A stretch of DNA of 48,079 nt, from positions 9,473-57,551 of the forward strand of contig JASDTM010000116.1 in the NCBI GenBank assembly GCA_041891535.1. The letters run 5' to 3'. Below, one piece after another: positions 10,653 through 19,749 of this stretch. Both the position numbers and the translations under genes were made by a program. Each line of letters opens with the position of its first letter. The first letter of the stretch is position 1. The notes below the pieces were generated by a model. It did no database searches. It saw only the letters and a list, made by a program, of their open reading frames with translations, and was not told the DNA's origin. Source of the DNA: Clostridiaceae bacterium. GTDB lineage: Bacteria > Bacillota > Clostridia > Clostridiales > Clostridiaceae.

Positions 10653-11489
10653 ATGGAGAAAATCAGAGCAGTTGTCCATGAGACGGTTTGCCCGATACAG
10701 CTTAAAAGTATTGTAGAAGGTGAAATGGCTGATGAGGCTGTATATGGAATGACAGTTACTATAGTGGATTATGAGGGTGAGTTTGCCTTTGTGGAAACTG
10801 ACTATGACTATAAGGGATATATTTTAAAGGACTATCTGGAAACAGATCCTGATAAGGTAAAGACCTGGGAAAATTCAGAAAAAAGTGTTGTATGGCATTC
10901 TTTTGCTGACTGCCAGCATGAGCCAAGCTATAAAACCTGGCCTGTGGCGAAGGTTGTACGGGGCTCCTATGTTGTTTTAACAGGCAAAACTGAAGGAGAC
11001 TGGTCAGAGGTTAAGCTGGTCAATGGCGAAAACGCCTGGATAAAATCAGAGTATGTAAGACCAATTAAAAAGGTGTCTGATTATGGCAATGAGGTTGAGC
11101 TGAGAAATGCTCTTGTTGATACAGCAATCCTTTATCTTGATACACAGTACAGATGGGGTGGCAGAAGTCCACTTGGAGTTGACTGCTCAGGCTTATGCTC
11201 CATGTCCTATCTTTTAAACGGAATCAAAATATACAGGGATGCACATTTAAAACCGGAATATATGGATGAAATAACACTTGAAGAAGCCAAGCCCGGAGAT
11301 TTATTATTCTTCCCGGGTCATGTTGCAATGTACCTTGGAAGCTTAAGATACATTCATTCATCATCCTCTGTATCAGGGGTAAAATTTGGAAGCCTTAATC
11401 CTGAGGACTTAAATTACAGCCAGAAGCTCCATGATACCTTGGAGGCTTGTGGCACTGTATTCAAGGGAGACAGGTTGAAATGGAAATAA
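10653..11489 (+). CDS. ykfC: NlpC/P60 (C40) peptidase with SH3-like domains, YkfC-like gamma-D-Glu-diamino acid endopeptidase
   Basis: YRWGG..GVDCSG, RDA, GHVAMY, IHSS; GDWSEVKL..AWI SH3b-like segment; no signal peptide; adjacent to the epimerase. Confidence 0.8.
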   Translation: MEKIRAVVHETVCPIQLKSIVEGEMADEAVYGMTVTIVDYEGEFAFVETDYDYKGYILKDYLETDPDKVKTWENSEKSVVWHSFADCQHEPSYKTWPVAKVVRGSYVVLTGKTEGDWSEVKLVNGENAWIKSEYVRPIKKVSDYGNEVELRNALVDTAILYLDTQYRWGGRSPLGVDCSGLCSMSYLLNGIKIYRDAHLKPEYMDEITLEEAKPGDLLFFPGHVAMYLGSLRYIHSSSSVSGVKFGSLNPEDLNYSQKLHDTLEACGTVFKGDRLKWK

Positions 11490-12568
11490 CTAAATTTGAT
11501 ATCGGATTAATCAGTGTACCTTTAAAAAGACCCTTTAAAACTGCATTAAGATCTGTGGACTCCGTAAATGACATAATAGTAAGGCTTGAGACTAAAAGCG
11601 GAATAGTAGGATTTGGCGAAGCACCTCCAACAGGAGTTATAACGGGGGATACAAAGGGAGCCATAATCGGAGCTCTCCAGGACCACATCAGTAAGTCAAT
11701 CATGGGAGTTTCTGCAGATAATCTTGAAGAAATAATGGGAAGATTGGATGCCTCCTGTGTACATAACACCTCTGCCAAGGCAGCAGTGGACATGGCAATA
11801 TATGATATCTTTGCAAAATCCATGAATAAGCCTTTATATAAGGTATTGGGTGGCTACAGAAACAACATAGAAACAGACATTACAATAAGCGTGAATTCAC
11901 CTGAGGAAATGGCAGCGGATTCCATTTCAGCCGTGTCTGAAGGCTATAAGGTGCTTAAGATAAAGGTAGGCAAAGAGCCTGCAAGAGATATTGAAAGAAT
12001 CAAAAAAATCCGTGAAGCCATAGGCTATGACACTTTGATCAGAATAGACGCAAACCAGGGCTGGAAACCAAAGGAAGCGATAAGGATATTAAGGTCGATG
12101 GAGGATGCCGGACTTCAAATTGAGCTTTGTGAGCAGCCGGTCATCGCCCATGATGTTGAAGGCTTAAAGCTTGTTACGGATAATTCAGGTATACCGATAT
12201 TAGCGGATGAATCCTTATTTTCCCCAATGGATGCTATGAAAATAATCCAGATGAGAGCTGCAGATATGCTTAACCTTAAGCTAATGAAAACCGGTGGTAT
12301 TCATAATGCTTTGAAGATAATTTCCATGGCGGAAACAAACGGCATGGAGTGCATGATGGGCTGTATGCTTGAGGCGAATGTTGCAGTGTCAGCTGCAGTA
12401 CACCTGGCCTGTGCGAAAAAGGTTTTTACGAAAATTGACCTTGACGGCCCCGTTCTTTTAAAGACAAACCCTGTAATCGGAGGAGCATTCTTCAACTACA
12501 GGGACATAACCTTAACGGATGCACCTGGACTCGGTATTACAGATATCGAGGGAGTTACGTATCTTTAA
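11480..12568 (+). CDS. ykfB: L-Ala-D/L-Glu epimerase (enolase superfamily)
   Basis: KIK, DANQ, EQP, ADES, NLKLMK and DLD motifs. Start revised to ATG 11480, overlapping ykfC. Confidence 0.9.
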   Translation: MEITKFDIGLISVPLKRPFKTALRSVDSVNDIIVRLETKSGIVGFGEAPPTGVITGDTKGAIIGALQDHISKSIMGVSADNLEEIMGRLDASCVHNTSAKAAVDMAIYDIFAKSMNKPLYKVLGGYRNNIETDITISVNSPEEMAADSISAVSEGYKVLKIKVGKEPARDIERIKKIREAIGYDTLIRIDANQGWKPKEAIRILRSMEDAGLQIELCEQPVIAHDVEGLKLVTDNSGIPILADESLFSPMDAMKIIQMRAADMLNLKLMKTGGIHNALKIISMAETNGMECMMGCMLEANVAVSAAVHLACAKKVFTKIDLDGPVLLKTNPVIGGAFFNYRDITLTDAPGLGITDIEGVTYL

Positions 12569-12686
12569 TAGAGAATTGATCATAAAGTAGTTTTTATTCA
12601 ATCAAAATAATTGTCCAACTTGTTATTGCAATATAGGAAGTTAAAATTTACAGATAAAATAATTTTTACAGCAGCTGGAGGAGCAG

Positions 12687-13484
12687 ATGAAGGTTTTTAT
12701 TAGTGCGGATATAGAAGGAGTTACCGGGATTAATACATGGTCAGAGACCACTCTTGGGAATTTTGATTATGTTAGATTTCAAAAGCAGATGACGAAAGAG
12801 GTTGCAGCAGCATGCCAGGGTGCATTAAAAGCTGGTGCAACAGAGATATATGTAAGAGATGCCCATGATTCTGCAAGAAATATTATAGGAGAGGAGCTTC
12901 CACAGGGAGTCAAACTCATCCGTAACTGGAACGGACATCCACACCAGATGATGTTCGGTCTTACTGAGGAGTTTGATGCAGCCATCTTAATTGGTTATCA
13001 CTCTGCAGGGGGCTATGGCTGGAATCCATTGTCACATACCATGAATACCTCAAGGGTCTTAGAGGTACTGCTAAACGGAGAAAGACTGAGTGAATTTGCA
13101 ATAAGTGCAATGACTGCAAAATACATTGGAGTATCACTTGTATTTGTATCTGGTGATGTGGGCTTGGGTGAAGATGTAAGACGTTTGGACCCAGGAATTG
13201 TATTTCATGGTACAAATGAGGGAATCGGACAAACCACCATATCAAAGCATCCATTGGATTCTTTAAGGGATATTGAAATAGGTGTGGAAAAAGCCATTGC
13301 TCAAAAAGATGAGCATGATTTTGAGCTTCCTGAATTCTATGAATTGAAGGTTAAGTATAAGTCACATACAGAAGCCTACAGAAACTCCTTCTTCCCAGGT
13401 GTAACAACTGAAGGCGAGAGTACCTTGGTTTTTGAAACAGATGACTTTTTTGAATTTTTAAGAGCGGTAAAATATATTATTTAA
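12687..13484 (+). CDS. dppA: D-aminopeptidase (peptidase M55)
   Basis: Zn ligands in SADIEG, RDAH, IGYH, LSHT and SEF. Confidence 0.9.
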   Translation: MKVFISADIEGVTGINTWSETTLGNFDYVRFQKQMTKEVAAACQGALKAGATEIYVRDAHDSARNIIGEELPQGVKLIRNWNGHPHQMMFGLTEEFDAAILIGYHSAGGYGWNPLSHTMNTSRVLEVLLNGERLSEFAISAMTAKYIGVSLVFVSGDVGLGEDVRRLDPGIVFHGTNEGIGQTTISKHPLDSLRDIEIGVEKAIAQKDEHDFELPEFYELKVKYKSHTEAYRNSFFPGVTTEGESTLVFETDDFFEFLRAVKYII

Positions 13485-13510
13485 TAAATACGGAATCTAG
13501 GAGGATTGCC

Positions 13511-14809
13511 ATGATTAAGGAAGTCAAATACGGCAAACTTTATTATGATGGCTGTGACGTTATTTCCTTAAAAGAAACCTACGGCACTCCACTCTATGTT
13601 TATTCACTTACTGACATCAAGCTCAGAATAAAGGAGCTTAAGGAAGCCTTTACCAAAAAATATGAGAATACAAGAATAGCATACGCAGGGAAAGCCTTTT
13701 TAAATTCAGCCATGGTAAGGTTGATCCAGAATGAGGGGCTTTGCCTTGACTTAGTATCAGGCGGAGAGTTAATAACAGCATTAAAGGCCTTATTTCCTGC
13801 AGAAAGAATCGAGTTCAACGGCAACAACAAGCTTCCATGGGAAATTGAGGTTGCAGTTAAAAGTGGTGTGGGCAGAATCATTGTTGATGGTCTTAATGAA
13901 ATTGAAATGATATCTCAATATGCTAAAAAATACAGAAAGACTGTGAAGGTGCTTCTAAGAATAACTCCAGGAGTTGCAGCTGATTCCCATGACTACATCG
14001 TAACAGGTAAAAAGGATTCTAAATTCGGCTTTACCTTAAGCGAGGATGGAGTAGTCAAAGCAATGGAGGAGGTATTCAAGAGGAAGGAAATAGAGCTTTT
14101 AGGCTTCCATTTCCATCTTGGTTCCCAATTATTCCAGAACGATGTCTACTTAAATGCCCTGGATATACTGTTTAATCTGATCCTGGACACAAAGAAGAGA
14201 TTCGGATTTGTTCCAACTGAGCTTAATATTGGTGGTGGATATGGTATTAACTATCTATCCACAGACAACAGAAAGCCATACTCCTACTTTATTGATCCTG
14301 TAATGGCAAAAATAAATACATTTTTTGCAGAACAGGGTATTACAAGGCCTGAGATAGTAACAGAGCCCGGCAGAAGTATTGTTGGAGAAGCCGGAATAAC
14401 CCTATACACCATAGGCAGTATAAAGGATATACCGGGGGTCAGAAAATACGTTTCCGTTGACGGAGGCATGACTGACAATATAAGACCGGCTTTATACGGA
14501 GCAGTATACGAGGGGCTTAATGCAAGCAAGCCTGATGCTCCTGCAAAGGACCTTGTAACGATAGTCGGAAAATGCTGTGAGTCAGGGGATATCATAGCAA
14601 AGGATACCTACCTTGCCGAACCACAAACAGGGGACACTCTTGTCATATTCTCAACTGGTGCCTATGGTCACTCAATGGCATCGAACTATAACAAGCTGCC
14701 AGTACCTGCAATTGTATTCGTCGAAAGAGGAAGGCATGAGCTTGTAACAAGAAGACAGAGCTATGAGGACATGAACAGGAATGATATTATTCCTGACAGC
14801 TTAAGGTGA
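13511..14809 (+). CDS. lysA: Diaminopimelate decarboxylase
   Basis: YGTPLYVY, YAGKAF (PLP Lys), SKFG, HFHLGSQ, EPGRS, CCESGD, GAYG..ASNYN. Confidence 0.93.
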   Translation: MIKEVKYGKLYYDGCDVISLKETYGTPLYVYSLTDIKLRIKELKEAFTKKYENTRIAYAGKAFLNSAMVRLIQNEGLCLDLVSGGELITALKALFPAERIEFNGNNKLPWEIEVAVKSGVGRIIVDGLNEIEMISQYAKKYRKTVKVLLRITPGVAADSHDYIVTGKKDSKFGFTLSEDGVVKAMEEVFKRKEIELLGFHFHLGSQLFQNDVYLNALDILFNLILDTKKRFGFVPTELNIGGGYGINYLSTDNRKPYSYFIDPVMAKINTFFAEQGITRPEIVTEPGRSIVGEAGITLYTIGSIKDIPGVRKYVSVDGGMTDNIRPALYGAVYEGLNASKPDAPAKDLVTIVGKCCESGDIIAKDTYLAEPQTGDTLVIFSTGAYGHSMASNYNKLPVPAIVFVERGRHELVTRRQSYEDMNRNDIIPDSLR

Positions 14810-14813
14810 TAAT

Positions 14814-15680
14814 ATGAACGAGATTTATAAAAACAAATGCTTTAAAGCAAGTAAGTTTCAGGCAGCAGGCAATGATTTCGTCTTGATAAACAACATGGAA
14901 GAAAAGCTGGATGAGAAAGTTTTACCTGAGCTTGCCAAAAAAATATGCCACAGACGCTTCTCCATGGGAGCAGATGGCTTGATTCTGGTTGACAAGGCAA
15001 TTGGTAAGGATACTGATTTTAGAATGGTATTCTTAAATGCAGATGGGACCTATGGTGAAATGTGTGGAAACGGCGCAAGATCAATTGCCAGGTTTGCCCA
15101 TGAGGAAGGAATAGCCGGTGTGTCCATGGTATTTGATACCCTGGCAGGACCTGTAAGTGCCGTAAGGTTGGACGAGAACACCTATAAGATCAAGCTTAAC
15201 CGTGTATCCGTTTATAAAAAAGCCATGGAAGTCAAAATAGGGGATGTAGTATATACAGGTGACTATATAGAGCTTGGTGAGCCTGGACTGCCCCATTTTG
15301 TATTGGAGCTTAAAGATTTAGAACCGGAACTTTCAAGGGAGCTTTTCAATCTTGGAAGGGCGTTAAGATACGCTCCTGAATTTCCAAAGGGAGCCAATAT
15401 CAACTTTTATAAAATGACAGATACCAACGAGCTTAAAGCCATAACCTATGAAAGGGGAGTGGAGGATTTCACCTATGCCTGTGGCACAGGGGCAGGCTCC
15501 ATGGCTTACTCAGTAAAGCAGGGCAATAAAATTGATGGTGATAAGGTCAGCATAAAAGTTCCGGGTGGAGTATTAACCATTGAGCTTGAGGATAAGGTTC
15601 TGTACCTTACAGGAGACGTCAAAAGAGTTTATGACACAAGCTTGAATCTTGATGCAGTGTTAAACAGCCAGCCCAAATAA
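14814..15680 (+). CDS. dapF: Diaminopimelate epimerase
   Basis: GNDF, GADG, NADG..EMCGNG and ERGV..TYACGTG (both catalytic Cys present). Confidence 0.92.
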   Translation: MNEIYKNKCFKASKFQAAGNDFVLINNMEEKLDEKVLPELAKKICHRRFSMGADGLILVDKAIGKDTDFRMVFLNADGTYGEMCGNGARSIARFAHEEGIAGVSMVFDTLAGPVSAVRLDENTYKIKLNRVSVYKKAMEVKIGDVVYTGDYIELGEPGLPHFVLELKDLEPELSRELFNLGRALRYAPEFPKGANINFYKMTDTNELKAITYERGVEDFTYACGTGAGSMAYSVKQGNKIDGDKVSIKVPGGVLTIELEDKVLYLTGDVKRVYDTSLNLDAVLNSQPK

Positions 15681-15682
15681 AT

Positions 15683-15765
15683 AAGAACTATCCCGGTAAA
15701 GCTAAATTGATGTGTACAAAATTTTCATGTACGTATCTGATTGCTTACTTGGGATAGTTCTTTTT
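15683..15765. terminator. Long imperfect hairpin between convergent genes (bidirectional terminator-like)
   Basis: Perfect outer stem AAGAACTATCCC/GGGATAGTTCTT and inner stem GATGTGTACA/TGTACGTATC, followed by a T run. Confidence 0.6.
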
Positions 15766-15766
15766 G

Positions 15767-17092
15767 TTACTTATATAGTGATTTAAAATTTACTTCAAAG
15801 ATATTTTCGTTTTTGACTCTTCCATTAATAATGTCATTCATATATTCCAAGGTTCTTAAGCCCTGTCCGTATTTTTCCCAGAGCTTATAGCCCTCTTCAT
15901 TCTTGATATCCTTGGAAACTGTGTCTCCCCTTCCCTGGAAGTAGGTAAGGTTTAATCTCGCAGCAATTTCAGTCATCTTGTCCAGCTCCTCATCTGGTAT
16001 ATCAATATCCTGGTTTAAAAGCTGCTTTATTGTTCTGTTTACTGAGGTTTTCAAGAAGAACTGACTTGAATAATTTTGAAAATCAAGAAGGTTTGCATCC
16101 TGTGATCCAAGCTTTTTAGCGAAGCCTGCAACATCAATCATCTTTGTATAGTACTTAAAATCATCATCCTTACTTATCTGGATTACGGCATAGCTGTTGT
16201 CTGCCACAGCCATGGAGCCAGTATCTATTTCAATCATTCCCGTGTCATTGTCAGATACATCCTGTACATGTATATGGCCGGAGAGGTTGATATAGGTCTT
16301 TCCACGCTGGAGTATATTTAAGGCTTCCTCAGAATTATTAACCTTATATCCATCAACGATTCTGTTGTTATGGGTCAATAAATTCTGATGGGTTGAGCTG
16401 ATAAGCTTTATTCCTTTTTTGGTGGCAGAATCAATAACCTCGTTAAGCCATTTTGTGGTAGAGGTTGACATGGTATCAGGGCTGTCGGCAGTATTGACAT
16501 CTATCATGACAAGCCATAAGCCATCATTCAGCTCTGTTACATAGGAAAAGCTCCCGGGATCCTTCATAGTGGATTCATCATATCCAAAATCCTTATACAA
16601 ATTCTTGAACTCTTCGTCCGTAACAGAATCTGTGTAATATGCCTTCTCACCTTCAAAGGAATAGGCAAATGGGATTCTTATATCATGGTTACCAGGTATG
16701 ACGGACACCTTTATACCTGATTCTTCAACCTTTTTAAGCTTTGATGCAAGATCCTCATGGCTTGCCAATTCCCCATTGTAGGTAAGGTCACCGGTAAGCA
16801 CCAGAAAATCTGGCTTTTGGTCAATGACCTCTTCAATAAAAGCATTTGTTATCTCCGGTGTATAATGGGTAACCTTGCCATCACCCTTTTCAGTGACCTT
16901 CATTATTGATGCACCCTTATCCATTATCCTTGGAGAAATAAAATGAAGATCCGTTGCAGTGATTATTTTGACTCCTGAATCCATGGTCCAGACTGATTTC
17001 TCATTTGCTTTCGCATCTATTGCCACAGTTGAAAAACAGCCTGTAAGCACAAAAATTGCCGAAAAAAATATCGGCAAAATCTTTTTGAACAT
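15767..17092 (-). CDS. Calcineurin-like metallophosphoesterase, lipoprotein
   Basis: Lipobox LTGC; TDLH, TGDL, PGNHD, THQN and SGHIH motifs. Confidence 0.85.
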   Translation of the reverse strand: MFKKILPIFFSAIFVLTGCFSTVAIDAKANEKSVWTMDSGVKIITATDLHFISPRIMDKGASIMKVTEKGDGKVTHYTPEITNAFIEEVIDQKPDFLVLTGDLTYNGELASHEDLASKLKKVEESGIKVSVIPGNHDIRIPFAYSFEGEKAYYTDSVTDEEFKNLYKDFGYDESTMKDPGSFSYVTELNDGLWLVMIDVNTADSPDTMSTSTTKWLNEVIDSATKKGIKLISSTHQNLLTHNNRIVDGYKVNNSEEALNILQRGKTYINLSGHIHVQDVSDNDTGMIEIDTGSMAVADNSYAVIQISKDDDFKYYTKMIDVAGFAKKLGSQDANLLDFQNYSSQFFLKTSVNRTIKQLLNQDIDIPDEELDKMTEIAARLNLTYFQGRGDTVSKDIKNEEGYKLWEKYGQGLRTLEYMNDIINGRVKNENIFEVNFKSLYK

Positions 17093-17304
17093 AAATAATA
17101 CCTCTTATAATTATTGTAAGTATATCTTACATCTTTTTTTAGATGTTTCAACAAATTTTCAGTTTTTTGCACATTGTTAGGCATACAGTGAAGAATAATG
17201 AGAAACAGCATATTATGAAAATTTATTACACCTTGAATGTATCCAAAATTTCAATTTTTGATTGAAGATAGGGAGTATAATTAGGAATATAGGAGGTAGA
17301 GTCA

Positions 17305-18342
17305 ATGGATAATTATTTAAACACTATTTATGACAATATATGTGATGTCCAAGGAGTTAAGGTTGGTCATGTTACTGTTACTGAAAAAGGTTCAAATACC
17401 GGTGTCACAGCGATAATTCCTCCGGGTGGGAATCTTTTTGATGATAAGCTTTTAGGTGCCTGCCATGTTATAAACGGCTATGGAAAATCTGCCGGGCTTA
17501 TCCAGGTTGAAGAGATGGGAACCGTAGAAACTCCCATACTCATGACAAATACCCTTGCTGTGGGAAATGCTATGACAGGATTAATAGAATATATGCTTAA
17601 AATATCTCCTGATATAGGAACAAATGCAGGGACAGTTAATCCAATAGTATTAGAATGCAATGATGGATATATCAATGATATAAGAGAAATTGCAATAACA
17701 TCGGAACATGTTGAAAAAGCCATTGAAGCTGCAAAGGAAGATTTCAGCCAGGGCTCAGTGGGAGCCGGCAAAGGCATGAGAGCTTACGGCTTAAAGGGTG
17801 GAATCGGCTCTGCATCTGAAAGTGTCATTATTGAGGGCAACAGGTACACCATAGGAATAATACTTAACTCAAACTTCGGATCCCTGTCTGATCTTTTGAT
17901 TTATGGTGAGTCTGTTGGTGAAATGATTACTGAATCAGAGAAGAACACTGATGTAACTGAGGATAAGGGTTCTTTGGTTGCAGTTCTTGCAACAGACCTT
18001 CCAATCTCATCAAGACAGTTGAAAAGAGTCTTAAAAAGAGTTCAGAATGGAATAGCAAGAACCGGATCCTATACAGGTTCAGGTTCAGGAGATATCTGCG
18101 TAGGCTTTACCACAGCCAACAGAATCAACAGAAAAAGAAAGATAAACAATCACAGCTTTTTAAGTGATGACGTCTTGAATGCTGCATTTAAAGCTACGGT
18201 TCTTGCAACGGAACGGGCAGTATTAAAATCCATGGTTGCTGCAGAAACCACGGAAGGCATAAACGGGACAGTCAAATCACTCGAAGATAAATTAAAAGAG
18301 CTTGGACTTAAATCCAAGGCATTGGAATCCCTCAAAAAATAG
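17305..18342 (+). CDS. dmpA: DmpA-family aminopeptidase (peptidase S58/P1)
   Basis: GVKVGH, TGVTAI, NGYGK, ECND, VGAG, KGGIGSAS, autocleavage site DKG/SL, GSGD. Confidence 0.88.
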   Translation: MDNYLNTIYDNICDVQGVKVGHVTVTEKGSNTGVTAIIPPGGNLFDDKLLGACHVINGYGKSAGLIQVEEMGTVETPILMTNTLAVGNAMTGLIEYMLKISPDIGTNAGTVNPIVLECNDGYINDIREIAITSEHVEKAIEAAKEDFSQGSVGAGKGMRAYGLKGGIGSASESVIIEGNRYTIGIILNSNFGSLSDLLIYGESVGEMITESEKNTDVTEDKGSLVAVLATDLPISSRQLKRVLKRVQNGIARTGSYTGSGSGDICVGFTTANRINRKRKINNHSFLSDDVLNAAFKATVLATERAVLKSMVAAETTEGINGTVKSLEDKLKELGLKSKALESLKK

Positions 18343-18371
18343 TATGAAGGATTGAAATTCAAAGGAGAATC

Positions 18372-19655
18372 ATGATTAAAAACAACAAAATGATCAGAAG
18401 AATCATAGCGACAATGGGAGGATTGATGATATTTTCATCCTGTTCACTCTTGCCGGGAAAAATAGAGCCTGCAACAAACACCTCAAAGGGTGATACAACT
18501 GCAGCACAGAACACAACAGGTGATACTAAGTCCGGAGAATCAAGTACAGACAGTAACAGCACCGCTGGAGACAGTACAACAACGACTGCCGGTACAACAA
18601 CACCAGCTACAACAGCAAGTACCACAGCAGCAACTACGACTCCAACAACAACCTCGGGCGATCCTAAAAATGCCATGGCAGAGGAATTAATGGCAGGAAT
18701 GACCTTGGAGGAGAAGGTGGACCAGATGCTGATTGCACATTATTCTGAGGGTATGGAAAACAGTCATGTGCCATGGGGAGGAGTATTATTCTTTTCGTCT
18801 GCTTTTGAAGACAGGTCTGAATCCTCAGTCAGAACACTTATGACAGATTTACAAAAGAACAGCAAGTATACCTTGATTACAGCTGTAGACGAAGAGGGTG
18901 GAACAGTTTTAAGAGTAAGCAGATTCCAGCAATATGGAGCAGACCCATTTAAATCACCTTCTGAAATATTGAATGCATCAGGTCTTGATGGTGTTTATGA
19001 TGATGCTGTGACAAAATCACAGTTTTTAAGGAATCTAGGTATTAACTTCAATCTTGCACCGGTGGCAGATGTATCACAGGATTCAGAAAGCTTTATATAT
19101 GAAAGAGCTTCACAGCTTGATTCCAAGGGTACAGCTGACTATGTAAAAAATGTTATTAAAGGTATGAACAGTGTTGGTGTAGGAAGCTCACTGAAGCATT
19201 TCCCGGGATATGGCGATAATGTTGATACGCATACTGACATCGGAACCGATAACAACTCATTGGACTATATAGAGGAAAGGCTTCTTCCATTCAAGGCGGG
19301 TATTGCTGCCGGAGCTGATTCAGTCATGGTATCTCATCTAATAGTTAATGCGATAGATCCAGACTACCCTTCTTCAATATCAAAAAAGGTCCATGATGTA
19401 TTGAGAAACGAATTGGGCTTTGACGGTGTAATTATGACTGATGATCTTGAGATGCAAGGAATAGTTCAATTTTCACAAAATCCTGAGGTTGCAGCTGTTT
19501 TAGCAGGAAATGATATGCTGATAACACCAGATCCTGAAAAAATGGCGGCATCAATACTGGCTGCAGTTTCTGACGGGACAATTTCTAAGAAAGCCATTGA
19601 TGATGCAGTGATGAGGATTCTTACAATGAAGCTGACCGCCGGACTTATAAGATAA
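18372..19655 (+). CDS. GH3 beta-N-acetylhexosaminidase (NagZ-like) lipoprotein with a Thr-rich linker
   Basis: Lipobox-like FSSC; AVDEEGG, NLAPVAD, KHFPGYG..DTH, VMVSH, IMTDDLEM; Thr-rich residues at about 34-96. Confidence 0.85.
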   Translation: MIKNNKMIRRIIATMGGLMIFSSCSLLPGKIEPATNTSKGDTTAAQNTTGDTKSGESSTDSNSTAGDSTTTTAGTTTPATTASTTAATTTPTTTSGDPKNAMAEELMAGMTLEEKVDQMLIAHYSEGMENSHVPWGGVLFFSSAFEDRSESSVRTLMTDLQKNSKYTLITAVDEEGGTVLRVSRFQQYGADPFKSPSEILNASGLDGVYDDAVTKSQFLRNLGINFNLAPVADVSQDSESFIYERASQLDSKGTADYVKNVIKGMNSVGVGSSLKHFPGYGDNVDTHTDIGTDNNSLDYIEERLLPFKAGIAAGADSVMVSHLIVNAIDPDYPSSISKKVHDVLRNELGFDGVIMTDDLEMQGIVQFSQNPEVAAVLAGNDMLITPDPEKMAASILAAVSDGTISKKAIDDAVMRILTMKLTAGLIR

Positions 19656-19711
19656 AAGTTGGGAATAACAAATCTTGTAAATAATAATTATTATCGATTA
19701 TCCTTAGAAAG

Positions 19712-19720
19712 TGGTATAAT
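19712..19720 (+). promoter_or_regulatory. Extended -10 promoter for the small ORF at 19750
   Basis: TG-G-TATAAT about 30 nt upstream of ATG 19750. Confidence 0.6.
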
Positions 19721-19749
19721 ATACCTGTATTAAGAAAAGGGTGATAAAA

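Noticed and set aside
18359-18676. 105-aa Val-rich minus-strand ORF that looks like a membrane protein
   Set aside because: It is the antisense shadow of the ACA/ACx Thr-rich linker of the GH3 gene.
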